Shown piece after piece: positions 39,101-47,553 of a stretch of 64,000 nucleotides of DNA (its first letter is position 1; each line of letters begins with the position of its first letter). A program made the translations under genes and the position numbers. Source of the stretch: Oscillospiraceae bacterium (lineage in GTDB: Bacteria; Bacillota; Clostridia; Oscillospirales; CAG-272); contig SVRJ01000007.1 of the NCBI GenBank assembly GCA_015064885.1, positions 2,883 through 66,882 on the forward strand, read 5' to 3'. The notes beneath the pieces are model-generated. The model had not been told where the DNA came from and ran no database searches. It saw nothing but the letters and a program-made list of their open reading frames with translations.

Positions 39101-39341
39101 TTGCTATGCGGCACACCCATGCACCGAATTTTGACGGTTCCTTAAGTGTATTGAGCTTCATCCATGCCGTAACGAAGGCATCCTGCGCCGCGTCCTCAGC
39201 CATGAATTGGTTGCGAGTTACAGATATAGCTGATGCAAGCACCGCTTTTTCATAACGGACTACAAGAGCCTCGTAAGCGTTTTGTTCACCTGCAAGCGTA
39301 AGCATTACGAGGGTTTCATCGTTGTGATTCTGATACAGCAA
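36141..39341 (-). CDS. ECF sigma factor with a ~880-aa soluble C-terminal extension
   Basis: Likely TTG start at 39341 after AAGGAGG. Region 2 AEDAAQDAFVTAW..FGAWVCRIAKN; region 4 LPEKVRTVIRMHYFEGLS..IAEKM..GTVKWQL; no obvious TM; TPR-like helices and two PAG/KAG-F..GVGIV repeats. Confidence 0.85.
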   Translation of the reverse strand: MLYQNHNDETLVMLTLAGEQNAYEALVVRYEKAVLASAISVTRNQFMAEDAAQDAFVTAWMKLNTLKEPSKFGAWVCRIAKNCAANMVGRFRSFLPLEVLENVSINEEQNEDPAEVYARKEEKQQESEELQRSISMLPEKVRTVIRMHYFEGLSIVDIAEKMNASVGTVKWQLHDRRKRIRKELCAMNEKWNDTLTVRVMKKVEELKLWRLKNNKNGFEVIYKDVLKEVEELPESRDKDHALADVLLSGWWWIPGKKNDETFARIKAAAQASKNEEVMQFVLSREDSRVYGKSKIDFIREKQIPRLEAAGFVKALAHEWFWLAYEYFESGEKEKGYDAYNKVLSLLSPSDFYYAYTKAAMTARDKRYGEYADKDINNYLILSAVTELKIIDGTPLHYNRDWLSLGNLYSADVDNDVILKNAAYCDGNFTLSSLSVGETHIGSDKSELTFVSDCESVSTPAGIFDGCELWIVKNKGTTVKTYYKNGVGIVKQIRKSSGIPEVRLLKAYSIIGGRGLLPLATGNTWEYTMTHNPTHSEKFLRYGMSLTVEYADDKKAIISQKAEYDRISHNENSWIDMVLQIRNEYFREVNGKDRVCDVSYPIERARALAKTRSEIAHTRAACSVAQRIMDTNPKFNPECKATGHWNFFNRSTVCVKDGTVTLDDRDSRFDFELKNTGVMGDAYYPILFNDIYGILKDATNCIWSDEWRIGAEPTVEFMLWERRPMKTKILCEESDPIETKAGRFADCIKLTLDISGFEDSSGLNYRGGRKVYYFAKGVGIVRFESEYAEGIKTAVYELTSYEGKGEGYMPVADGLFRRYDALGLTDGFVASTEYIYADDGSGDGDILIFADRAGIREKSSPITQYAAIAGEVEEDQLWDIGKHEESRLRHAVNNFHILTHFLGRDSRYWKAPLNAAAWNKHRLRTVEALSEGGDIPPAWYGFYALTEFRTACALFGSKNKEEGYEYLERALKSIKKCSSQKKGDLLDVGDALVYGGIKVALGKEYILLPDGTKETLSYDHLFDCGIDDMYYGLTAKRGWEWFNSVRDEERFKEYIDRVRTVMDDEGK

Positions 39342-39465
39342 AGCGTACCTCCTTAATGATTTGAAAATTTTCATTTTTAAGCGCTTGTCTTATAGACACG
39401 AAGAAAGAAGAAAAGGTTGGGTAAAAACGAAAAAAATTTTTTCGGAAAGAATTCTGCCTGCATTT

Positions 39466-39533
39466 ATTATATCATATATGGATTTTGATTTCAAGAGCTT
39501 AATGTTGACAAAAACTGTTTTGTATGATATAAT
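39466..39533. promoter_or_regulatory. Back-to-back sigmaA promoters
   Basis: Minus TTGAAA-17-TATAAT (39466-39494); plus TTGACA-17-TATAAT (39505-39533). Confidence 0.7.
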
Positions 39534-39576
39534 ATAAAACAACAGATCTTCATACGTAAAATATACCGCCTTTCGG

Positions 39577-39753
39577 ATGCAGGATCGTATATTGCTGTGT
39601 AAGATCGGGGAATATTTGAAGGGTGATACGGTGCGGTTGAAAAAATATTTTTACGTTCTTCGCCCGATCCTCGCCTGCAGATGGATACTTTCGGAGGGAA
39701 CGCCTCCGCCGATGCTTTTTCGAACGCTTATGGATAAATTATCATTACTTTGA
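39577..39753 (+). pseudogene. Fragment of a YcgL/RlaP-like predicted nucleotidyltransferase
   Basis: 58-aa ORF below the track cutoff: ...EYLKGDTVRLKKYFYVLRPILACRWILSEGTPPPMLF..., recognised as this family's C-terminal-half motif; the catalytic N-terminus is absent. Confidence 0.65.
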
Positions 39754-39765
39754 GAGGAAAAATCA

Positions 39766-40242
39766 ATGTTCAGAGAGCTTACAAGAAAAAACAAACGACT
39801 CGAAAATTCTGAGTGTATAGAACTTCTTAAAAATGAGACGCGTGGCGTCTTGTCGGTGCTTGGAGACGGAGACTATCCTTACGGTATGCCGATGAATCAT
39901 TTTTATAATGAGTGCGACGGAAATATTTATTTTCATTGCGGAAGGAGTGGACACAGACTGGACGCGCTGAAAAAGCATGACAAGGCTTCTTTTTGCGTAT
40001 ATGATAAAGGAGTCAGAGAAAACGGAGAATGGGCGTATAAGGTGAGTAGCGTTGTCGTATTCGGGAAAATAGAAATAATTGACGACGCCAAAGTAATTTC
40101 CGATATATGCACAAGGCTCAGCCGTAAGTTTACGGATGATGAGGACTATATAAGAAAAGAGATAGAGAATCATGGCCGTAATACGCTTCTTCTGAAGCTT
40201 ATACCCGAGAATATTTGCGGAAAGCTTATAACAGAATCATAA
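39766..40242 (+). CDS. Pyridoxamine 5'-phosphate oxidase-like / NimA-family flavin-binding protein
   Basis: MFRELTRK, GVLSV..DYPYGMP, YFHC..GH.LD, SVVVFG. Confidence 0.85.
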   Translation: MFRELTRKNKRLENSECIELLKNETRGVLSVLGDGDYPYGMPMNHFYNECDGNIYFHCGRSGHRLDALKKHDKASFCVYDKGVRENGEWAYKVSSVVVFGKIEIIDDAKVISDICTRLSRKFTDDEDYIRKEIENHGRNTLLLKLIPENICGKLITES

Positions 40243-40258
40243 AAAAGGAGAATGAACT

Positions 40259-40714
40259 ATGCTTGAAACAGGAACAAAAGCTCCGGATTTTACTCTCAAT
40301 GATAAGGACGGTAAAAGCGTGTCTTTGTCCGATTTTATCGGGAAGAAGGTAGTGCTTTACTTTTATCCGAAGGACAGTACTCCCGGCTGTACACGGCAGG
40401 CTTGTGCCTTTGCGGGAGTATACGGAGAATTTAAAAAGAAAAACGTTGAAGTAATAGGAATAAGCAAAGATAGCATCGCATCACACGTTAAGTTTGCCGA
40501 AAAATACGGTCTTCCGTTTATACTTCTTTCTGACCCCGAGCTTGAAGCTATACAAGCATTCGGAGTGTGGCAGGAGAAAAAGCTTTACGGTAAGGTGAGT
40601 ATGGGAGTTGTACGTACTACCTTTATAATAGATGAGAACGGTGTTATTGAAAAGATCATGCCGAAAGTAAAGCCTGATACAAACGCCCTTGAAATACTTG
40701 AGTATCTTAATTAA
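40259..40714 (+). CDS. bcp: Thioredoxin-dependent thiol peroxidase (peroxiredoxin Q)
   Basis: YFYPKDSTPGCTRQAC, RTTFII. Confidence 0.93.
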   Translation: MLETGTKAPDFTLNDKDGKSVSLSDFIGKKVVLYFYPKDSTPGCTRQACAFAGVYGEFKKKNVEVIGISKDSIASHVKFAEKYGLPFILLSDPELEAIQAFGVWQEKKLYGKVSMGVVRTTFIIDENGVIEKIMPKVKPDTNALEILEYLN

Positions 40715-40750
40715 AAAAACGGCTCTCCCGCCTATGGGAGAGCCGTTTTT
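40715..40750. terminator. Bidirectional terminator
   Basis: AAAAACGGCTCTCCC...GGGAGAGCCGTTTTT. Confidence 0.85.
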
Positions 40751-40755
40751 ATGCT

Positions 40756-40992
40756 TTAATTTAATTTGAGTATTCCTTCAGCCAAAAGACCGCAAAAGTC
40801 ACATTTTATATTAAAATGGGTTTCGGGTGCCTTGCTGAACAATTCGTCTGCGCTGATAAGAATGGCGGTTTCCTTTTTCTTTTGGCACTGCGGACATACG
40901 TATTCGACCGTAGCCATGTATCCGATGTCATCACACATGTTGATTCCCGTACAGTAAGCATACACCTTGGGATATTCTTTATTATCGTTCAT
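40756..40992 (-). CDS. Small putative zinc-ribbon protein at the end of the arg operon
   Basis: ATG abuts the argF stop; CPQC and CDFC pairs; ends just before the terminator. Confidence 0.6.
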   Translation of the reverse strand: MNDNKEYPKVYAYCTGINMCDDIGYMATVEYVCPQCQKKKETAILISADELFSKAPETHFNIKCDFCGLLAEGILKLN

Positions 40993-41904
40993 TTATTTGT
41001 TTTCAAAGCACTTTACAAGTACTGCCTTTTGCGCGTGCAGTCTGTTTTCTGCCTCGGTGAATATTTCCGAAGCGTGTGCCTCAAGCACCTCCGCGGTTAT
41101 TTCCTCCCCTCTGTGTGCAGGGAGACAGTGAAGGACCATTGCGTTAGGCTTTGCAACGCTCATCACGTTAGCATTTACCTGATATTTTCCTTCAAATACA
41201 AGACGTCTTTTTTCTGCTTCGGATTCCTGACCCATAGATGCCCACACGTCTGTGTATACTACGTCGGCATCCTTTACCGCCTCGAGAACGTCAGGAGTGC
41301 AAGTATAATCTCCGTTTTCCTTCGCCCACTTTATGATCTCAGGATCGGGAGTGTAGCCGTCGGGGCAAGCGGTGGCGACCTTCATGCCCATTTTTATGCC
41401 GCCCACGATGAGAGAGTTGGCCATATTGTTTCCGTCACCCACGTAAACAAGCTTGAGTCCTTCAAGCATGCCTTTTTGCTCGCGAATCGTCATAAGATCT
41501 GCGAGCACCTGACACGGATGGCAATAGTCAGTGAGTCCGTTTATGACAGGGATCCTTCCGTACTCGGCAAGTGCCTCTACCTCTGCCTGTGCATACGTGC
41601 GGATCATTATAGCATCGAGATATCCGGAAAGAACTCTTGCCGTGTCCTCTATCGGCTCACCTCTTCCGATCTGAAGATCGTTTGAGCTGAGGAAGAGCGC
41701 CGAGCCTCCGAGATCATACATGCCGACTTCGAAGCTTACTCTTGTTCGTGTAGAGGATTTCTGAAATATCATTCCGAGGGTCTTGCCCTTGAGGATATGA
41801 TGCTCGATGCCGTTCTTCTTCTCGTATTTAAGCTGATCGGCAAGGTTGAGAATATCTGTTATCTCTTTTTTTGAGAGATCCATAAGCTTTAGTAAATGTT
41901 TCAT
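40993..41904 (-). CDS. argF: Ornithine carbamoyltransferase
   Basis: STRTR, HPCQ, DVWASMG, HCLP. Confidence 0.96.
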   Translation of the reverse strand: MKHLLKLMDLSKKEITDILNLADQLKYEKKNGIEHHILKGKTLGMIFQKSSTRTRVSFEVGMYDLGGSALFLSSNDLQIGRGEPIEDTARVLSGYLDAIMIRTYAQAEVEALAEYGRIPVINGLTDYCHPCQVLADLMTIREQKGMLEGLKLVYVGDGNNMANSLIVGGIKMGMKVATACPDGYTPDPEIIKWAKENGDYTCTPDVLEAVKDADVVYTDVWASMGQESEAEKRRLVFEGKYQVNANVMSVAKPNAMVLHCLPAHRGEEITAEVLEAHASEIFTEAENRLHAQKAVLVKCFENK

Positions 41905-43064
41905 TCGGATATTACCTCTTTAAGTATAGTTATTGCTTTTTTTAAGTCTTCTGTCGGGATGTTGAGCGAGGGAAGAAGTCTTACCTTGGATTTTGCACTT
42001 ATAACGAGAACACCGCGTTCAATACACTTGAGTATAACGTCCTTGGCGTTCTTTTCGCAATCGATTCCGATCATAAGCCCCATTCCGTTAACAGATCGTA
42101 CACCCTTACATGATGAGAGCTCGCTTTTAATGTATTCACTCTTGGCACGAACCTCAGAAAGGAGGTTGTCGTCGATTCGGGAGAGAACGTTTATCGCAGC
42201 TGCACAGCATATTGGGTTTCCGCCGAAGGTCGATCCGTGTGTCCCGTATGTGAATGCGTCTTTTGCCTTTTCACCGAGAAGTGTAGCACCGATCGGAAGC
42301 CCACCGCCGAGTCCCTTCGCTGTGCTCACAATATCAGGGATCACACCGTAGTTCATATATGCGTATAGCATACCCGTTCGGCCATTGCCTGTCTGTACCT
42401 CGTCGGCTATTGTAAGAATATCAAGCTCTTTTGCGAGCTCGAATATTTTCTTCACAAATTCCTTGTCAAGAGGCATAACACCGCCTTCACCCTGAATAGG
42501 CTCAAACATGATAGCGGCACACTTATACTTGTGTGCAAACTCCTTTACGCTTTCAAAGTCGTTTGCATCAGCGTATACAAAGCCTTCTGTAAATGGATGA
42601 AATTCAGTGTGGAAGCTATCCTGTCCGGTAGCAGCAAGCGTTGTTACGGTTCTTCCGTGAAAGCTGTTTTTAAGTGTAATGATCGTGTGGTGCCCATCTC
42701 CGTACTTGAGAAATGCGCGTCTTCTCGCAGCCTTGATCGCGCATTCGTTTGCCTCAGCTCCCGAATTTGAGAAAAACACCTTTTTCATTCCGGTCCTTTC
42801 ACAGAGCATTTTCGCAAGGGTGGAGCAAGGCTCTGTGTAGTATAGGTTTGATGTGTGCTGCAGGGTAGAGAGCTGCTTTGTTACAGCGGATATCCATTCA
42901 TCGTCGCAAGCTCCGAAGGTGTTTACTGCAATACCGCTTGCGAGATCTATATACTCTTTCCCTTTATCGTCATAAAAGCGTGAGCCCTTTCCCGATACGA
43001 TGCTGACGGGAAACCTCGAGTAGGTTCCGGCTACGTATTGATTGTCTGTTTCGTAAATATTCAT
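41901..43064 (-). CDS. argD: Acetylornithine aminotransferase
   Basis: NSGAEANE, FHGRT, EPIQGEGG, DEVQTG, AKGLGGG. Confidence 0.93.
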   Translation of the reverse strand: MNIYETDNQYVAGTYSRFPVSIVSGKGSRFYDDKGKEYIDLASGIAVNTFGACDDEWISAVTKQLSTLQHTSNLYYTEPCSTLAKMLCERTGMKKVFFSNSGAEANECAIKAARRRAFLKYGDGHHTIITLKNSFHGRTVTTLAATGQDSFHTEFHPFTEGFVYADANDFESVKEFAHKYKCAAIMFEPIQGEGGVMPLDKEFVKKIFELAKELDILTIADEVQTGNGRTGMLYAYMNYGVIPDIVSTAKGLGGGLPIGATLLGEKAKDAFTYGTHGSTFGGNPICCAAAINVLSRIDDNLLSEVRAKSEYIKSELSSCKGVRSVNGMGLMIGIDCEKNAKDVILKCIERGVLVISAKSKVRLLPSLNIPTEDLKKAITILKEVISE

Positions 43065-43076
43065 AGCTACCTCGCT

Positions 43077-43928
43077 TTATACGAACATTGTTCCGATACC
43101 CTCATCGGTGAGTATTTCTATGAGGATAGCGTGGGGAACCCGTCCGTCGATAATAAATACTTTGTTTACTCCGCGGCGTATAGCCTCTGTACAGCACTCT
43201 ACCTTCGGGATCATTCCGCCTGAGATTATACCTTGGCGAACAAGCTGAGGAGTATCGCTTACGTTTATCTTTGAGATAAGAGTAGAAGGATCGTCCTTGT
43301 CTCTGAGAATGCCCACTATATCTGTCATTGATATAAGGCTCTCTGCTTTAAGCTCGCTCGCAATTTTAGCGGCAGCAGTGTCTGCGTTTATATTATAGGC
43401 ATTTCCGCTATCGTCATATCCTACCGTTGATATAACGGGGATGTAGCCCTTCATCAGAATGTCCTCGATAAGTGCAGTGTTTACCTCTGTTATCTTGCCT
43501 ACGTATCCGAGTGCTTCGTCAAGCTTTTCCGCTTTGATGAGGCCTCCGTCCATTCCGCATATGCCGACGGCTTTTCCGCCTATACTCTGGATAAGTCCGA
43601 CCAGGCTTTTGTTTATTTTTCCCGCGAGTACCATCTGAACGATCTCTGCAGTTTCTTTGTCGGTAACACGCAGACCGTTGACAAACTCACTTTTCTTGCC
43701 GACTCTTGTAAGCATATCGCTTATTTCGGGTCCACCGCCGTGGACGAGAACTACCTTTATGCCTATGAGAGAGAGGAGAACTATATCCTCCATTACAGAG
43801 TTTTTGAGCTCGTCGTTTATCATAGCGTTTCCGCCGTATTTTACTACTATTATTTTGTTATTGTATTTTTGAATGTAGGGAAGAGCTTGCGTAAGTATCT
43901 CCGCCCTCTGTGCACTTGTAAGCTTCAT
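43077..43928 (-). CDS. argB: Acetylglutamate kinase
   Basis: KYGGNAM, VHGGGP, NINAD, GGMIPK. Confidence 0.96.
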   Translation of the reverse strand: MKLTSAQRAEILTQALPYIQKYNNKIIVVKYGGNAMINDELKNSVMEDIVLLSLIGIKVVLVHGGGPEISDMLTRVGKKSEFVNGLRVTDKETAEIVQMVLAGKINKSLVGLIQSIGGKAVGICGMDGGLIKAEKLDEALGYVGKITEVNTALIEDILMKGYIPVISTVGYDDSGNAYNINADTAAAKIASELKAESLISMTDIVGILRDKDDPSTLISKINVSDTPQLVRQGIISGGMIPKVECCTEAIRRGVNKVFIIDGRVPHAILIEILTDEGIGTMFV

Positions 43929-43937
43929 ACGATCTCC

Positions 43938-45152
43938 TTATGTTCTGTAGTCACCGTTTATCTTTACGTAATCGTAGGTCAAATCACATCCCCAGGCGCG
44001 GCTCTCGAAATCTCCGTCGTTAAGATCGATCTCAACGTTTATCTCATTTTCGGACAAAACCTTCTTTGCGATCTCCTCGGAAAAATCAATTGCCGAACCG
44101 TTTTTGCATACCGATACCTCGCCTGCCGACGAAACGAATTTAACGTCTATCTTGTTTACGTCAACGTCAGCTCCCGAGTAGCCTATAGCGCAGAGAACTC
44201 GGCCCCAGTTTGCATCGGCTCCGAACATTGCCGCCTTAAAAAGAGAAGAGCATATTACCGATTTTGCAACAGTTCTTGCGCACTCATTGCTTTTTGCATT
44301 ATACGTGTGACATTCGATGAGCTTTGTTGCTCCCTCTCCGTCCTTTGCGATAAGCTTGCAAAGAGTCTGAGTTACCCCGGCGAGTGCCTCACAGAAGCAG
44401 TCAAAGCTTTCGCCTTCGCTGTCTATTATATCGTTTCCCGCAAGACCGTTTGCTATTACGGATACCATATCGTTTGTGGATGTGTCACCGTCAACGCTAA
44501 CCATATTAAAGGAAGCTTTTACATCCTCGGAAAGTGCCTTTTGAAGCATTGCGGGAGATATATTGGCATCCGTCGTTACAAAAACGAGCATTGTCGCCAT
44601 ATTCGGATGTATCATTCCCGAGCCCTTGGCAATACCGCCTATCCTACATTCCTTACCGCCTACCGTGTATGTGAAGGCTACCTCCTTTACGATAGTGTCG
44701 GTGGTCATTATTGCGTTTGCCGCATCAAGACTTCCGTCATATGAGAGAAGTGATGTCAGAGATTCCATTCCGTTTGCGATGGGAGTAATATCAAGAGTCT
44801 GACCTATAACACCGGTAGAGGCTACGATAACGTCGTTCCTTTTTACTCCGGTATGCTTTTCGACAAGCGAACACATCTGCTCTGCTATTTCTATTCCGTT
44901 TGCATTGCATGTGTTTGCATTACCGCTGTTGCAGATAATTGCTTGTGCATATCCGTCCCTTATATTGTTTTTTGTGACTGTGATCGGTGCACCTTTAACA
45001 AGGTTTGTGGTATAGACCGATGCAGCGGCCGCACGGACGTCGCTCACTATAAGAGCGAGGTCTTTTTTTATTTTATTTTTTCTTATTCCGCAGTGAATAC
45101 CGCTTGCCTTAAAGCCCTTCGGGGCTGTAACGCCCCCGTTTATCTTTACCAT
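43938..45152 (-). CDS. argJ: Ornithine acetyltransferase / glutamate N-acetyltransferase
   Basis: NSGNAN, STGVIG, IMTTD, KGSGMIHPNMATML, DGEGATK. Confidence 0.96.
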   Translation of the reverse strand: MVKINGGVTAPKGFKASGIHCGIRKNKIKKDLALIVSDVRAAAASVYTTNLVKGAPITVTKNNIRDGYAQAIICNSGNANTCNANGIEIAEQMCSLVEKHTGVKRNDVIVASTGVIGQTLDITPIANGMESLTSLLSYDGSLDAANAIMTTDTIVKEVAFTYTVGGKECRIGGIAKGSGMIHPNMATMLVFVTTDANISPAMLQKALSEDVKASFNMVSVDGDTSTNDMVSVIANGLAGNDIIDSEGESFDCFCEALAGVTQTLCKLIAKDGEGATKLIECHTYNAKSNECARTVAKSVICSSLFKAAMFGADANWGRVLCAIGYSGADVDVNKIDVKFVSSAGEVSVCKNGSAIDFSEEIAKKVLSENEINVEIDLNDGDFESRAWGCDLTYDYVKINGDYRT

Positions 45153-45170
45153 TATAAAGTACCTCGTGTA

Positions 45171-46097
45171 TTAAAATATCAATCCGTCGTATGGGTCTCG
45201 TCCCATCATAATATTCATGCATTCTATTGCTGCTCCGGATGCTCCCTTTCCGAGATTATCGTACAGTGCGGTAAGAATTATTCTTTCCTCGTTTCCGTAA
45301 ACAGAAACACGCATCGAATCCTTGCCGTAAAGCTCGGCAGCCGAGAGCATAGACTCGCTTCCTTCAACGTATTTGACACATTCGGATGTATAAAGTCCGG
45401 AATATACGTTCTTTATATCGTTTGCCGAGAAGCCGCTGTTAAGCTGAGATGAGAAAAGTTGAACCGTCATTTCCATTCCACTGTAAAAATCATCTACTAT
45501 CGGAGAGAATACCGGCGGGTTATCCAGACCGCATATTTTCTTCATCTCGGGAAGATGCTTGTGCGACTGGGTGAGCCCGTACTGTCTCGGAGCAAAGAGG
45601 AGAGCATTCTTTTCATTTGCTTCATATTCGGCTATCATTTTTTTACCGCCGCCGCTGTATCCCGTGAGAGAATGACAGCAGAGAAGAGCGTCCCTCGGAA
45701 GGATCCCTGCGTCGACAAGCGGCTTCACAAGAACGATAAATCCGCTTGCGTGACATCCGGGAACAGCAATTCTTTTTGCTTTTCCGATCATTTCAGCCTG
45801 TAAGGGTGAAAGCTCCGGAAGACCGTATACCCACTCGGAATTCGTTCTGTGAGCGGTGGATGCGTCTATTATTCTGACGTTTTCGTTTTCTATAAGAGAA
45901 ACGGATTCTACAGCCGCCGCGTCAGGGAGACAGAGAAAGGTTACGTCTGATGAATTTATTGCTTGCTTTCGCGCATTTTTATCCTTTCTGAGTTCTTCCG
46001 GAAGGGTGATAAGCTCAACGTCTTTAAACGCGCTTATTCTGTCAAATATCCGAAGGCCTGTAGTGCCTTCCTTTCCGTCTATAAAAACTTTAATCAT
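45171..46097 (-). CDS. argC: N-acetyl-gamma-glutamyl-phosphate reductase (type 2 form)
   Basis: FIDGKEGTTGL, DASTAHR, PGC, GYSGGG, DNLGKGASGAA. Confidence 0.93.
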   Translation of the reverse strand: MIKVFIDGKEGTTGLRIFDRISAFKDVELITLPEELRKDKNARKQAINSSDVTFLCLPDAAAVESVSLIENENVRIIDASTAHRTNSEWVYGLPELSPLQAEMIGKAKRIAVPGCHASGFIVLVKPLVDAGILPRDALLCCHSLTGYSGGGKKMIAEYEANEKNALLFAPRQYGLTQSHKHLPEMKKICGLDNPPVFSPIVDDFYSGMEMTVQLFSSQLNSGFSANDIKNVYSGLYTSECVKYVEGSESMLSAAELYGKDSMRVSVYGNEERIILTALYDNLGKGASGAAIECMNIMMGRDPYDGLIF

Positions 46098-47469
46098 TAT
46101 TAAGAAAATCCTCTACGTATTCTATTTGCTTTTTTATCTGTTCGAATCCTGTTCCGCCCTCTGATATCCTTTTCTCCACACAGGTCTCAAGAGATATCTC
46201 CTTGTAAAGATCTTCGCAGAACAGATCGGAAAACTCCTTGTATTTTTCTATCGGTATCGAGAGGAGCGTTTCGTTTGCGTTTATCGCATATCCGACGATA
46301 GTTCCGACAGTCTTGTATGCGCTTCTGAAGGGAAGTCCCTTCTTTACCAGATAGTCGGCAAGGTCGGTGGCATTTATAAATCCGCCCTCTGCCGCACGGT
46401 ACATATTATCCTTCAGAGGCTTTATACCTTCAAGCATCGGAGTAAATACCTCAAGGCACTTTTTTACCGTCTCTATACTGTCAAACACTGCTTCCTTGTC
46501 TTCTTGCATATCCTTGTTATACGCAAGCGGAAGTCCTTTTAGAGTTGTAAGAAGAGCCATAAGATCTCCGTACACTCTTCCGGTCTTTCCACGTACGAGC
46601 TCGGCAATATCCGGATTCTTTTTCTGTGGCATTATGCTGGAGCCGGTGGTGAATGAATCGTCAAGCTCTATAAATTTGAATTCCCAGGATGCCCAGAGGA
46701 TTATCTCCTCGGAAAATCTCGAAAGGTGAGTCATTATAAGTGACATAGCAGACATAAGCTCAACACAGAAATCTCTGTCCGAAACACCGTCGATGCTGTT
46801 TACGGTAACCCCGTCAAATCCGAGGGCAGATGCCACCATCCTCCGGTCTGTAGCATACGTTGTTCCCGCAAGAGCGCAGGAGCCGAGAGGGGAATAGTTC
46901 ATTCTTGCTACGGCATCCGAGATCCTTGTGCAGTCGCGCATGAACATCATCGCGTAAGCAAGAAGATGATGTGCAAAGGATATAGGCTGACCTCTCTGCA
47001 GATGGGTGTAACCGGGCATTATGGTGTATACGTTTTCGGATGCCTTGTTTTTTATTGCTTCTATAAGCTTGTGAAGAGAGCCTTGTATTTCTGCGGCCTC
47101 GTCGCGCAGATACATTCTTATGTCAAGAGCCACCTGATCGTTTCTGCTTCTTGCCGTATGCAGTCTCTTTCCCGTGTCTCCTATTCTTTTGGTAAGCTCC
47201 GCCTCGACAAACATATGAATATCTTCGCTTGACATATCAAATTCGAGCTTCCCGCATTCAATATCTGCAAGTATCTCTCCGAGCGTTGAAATTATCTTTT
47301 CGCTTTCTTCATTTGATATGATCCCCGTAGCCCCGAGCATAGCTGCATGAGCCATAGAGCCCTTTATATCTTGCTTGTACATTTTGCAGTCAAAATGTAT
47401 CGATGAGTTGAAATCGTCGGCAAGCGCATCGAGCGCTTTGGCGAATCTTCCCGCCCACATTTTATCCAT
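46090..47469 (-). CDS. argH: Argininosuccinate lyase
   Basis: WAGRF, RSRNDQ, YTHLQ, GSSIMPQKKNPD; start moved to MDKMW. Confidence 0.96.
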   Translation of the reverse strand: MDKMWAGRFAKALDALADDFNSSIHFDCKMYKQDIKGSMAHAAMLGATGIISNEESEKIISTLGEILADIECGKLEFDMSSEDIHMFVEAELTKRIGDTGKRLHTARSRNDQVALDIRMYLRDEAAEIQGSLHKLIEAIKNKASENVYTIMPGYTHLQRGQPISFAHHLLAYAMMFMRDCTRISDAVARMNYSPLGSCALAGTTYATDRRMVASALGFDGVTVNSIDGVSDRDFCVELMSAMSLIMTHLSRFSEEIILWASWEFKFIELDDSFTTGSSIMPQKKNPDIAELVRGKTGRVYGDLMALLTTLKGLPLAYNKDMQEDKEAVFDSIETVKKCLEVFTPMLEGIKPLKDNMYRAAEGGFINATDLADYLVKKGLPFRSAYKTVGTIVGYAINANETLLSIPIEKYKEFSDLFCEDLYKEISLETCVEKRISEGGTGFEQIKKQIEYVEDFLNND

Positions 47470-47553
47470 AATAGCACCTTCCGAAAAAAATTGAATCTTT
47501 CTAAAATCCAACGAAAGAGCCGCAATATAATTACAGCTCTTTCGTGATGAGTT

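Noticed and set aside
40756-40992. Zinc-ribbon ORF as LysW/ArgW
   Set aside because: It lacks the C-terminal EDWGE, no LysX/ArgX ligase is present, and the acetylated pathway is complete.
47511-47546. Hairpin between argG and argH as a riboswitch or T-box
   Set aside because: A single stem with no aptamer or T-box motifs; more likely an mRNA stabiliser or weak terminator.
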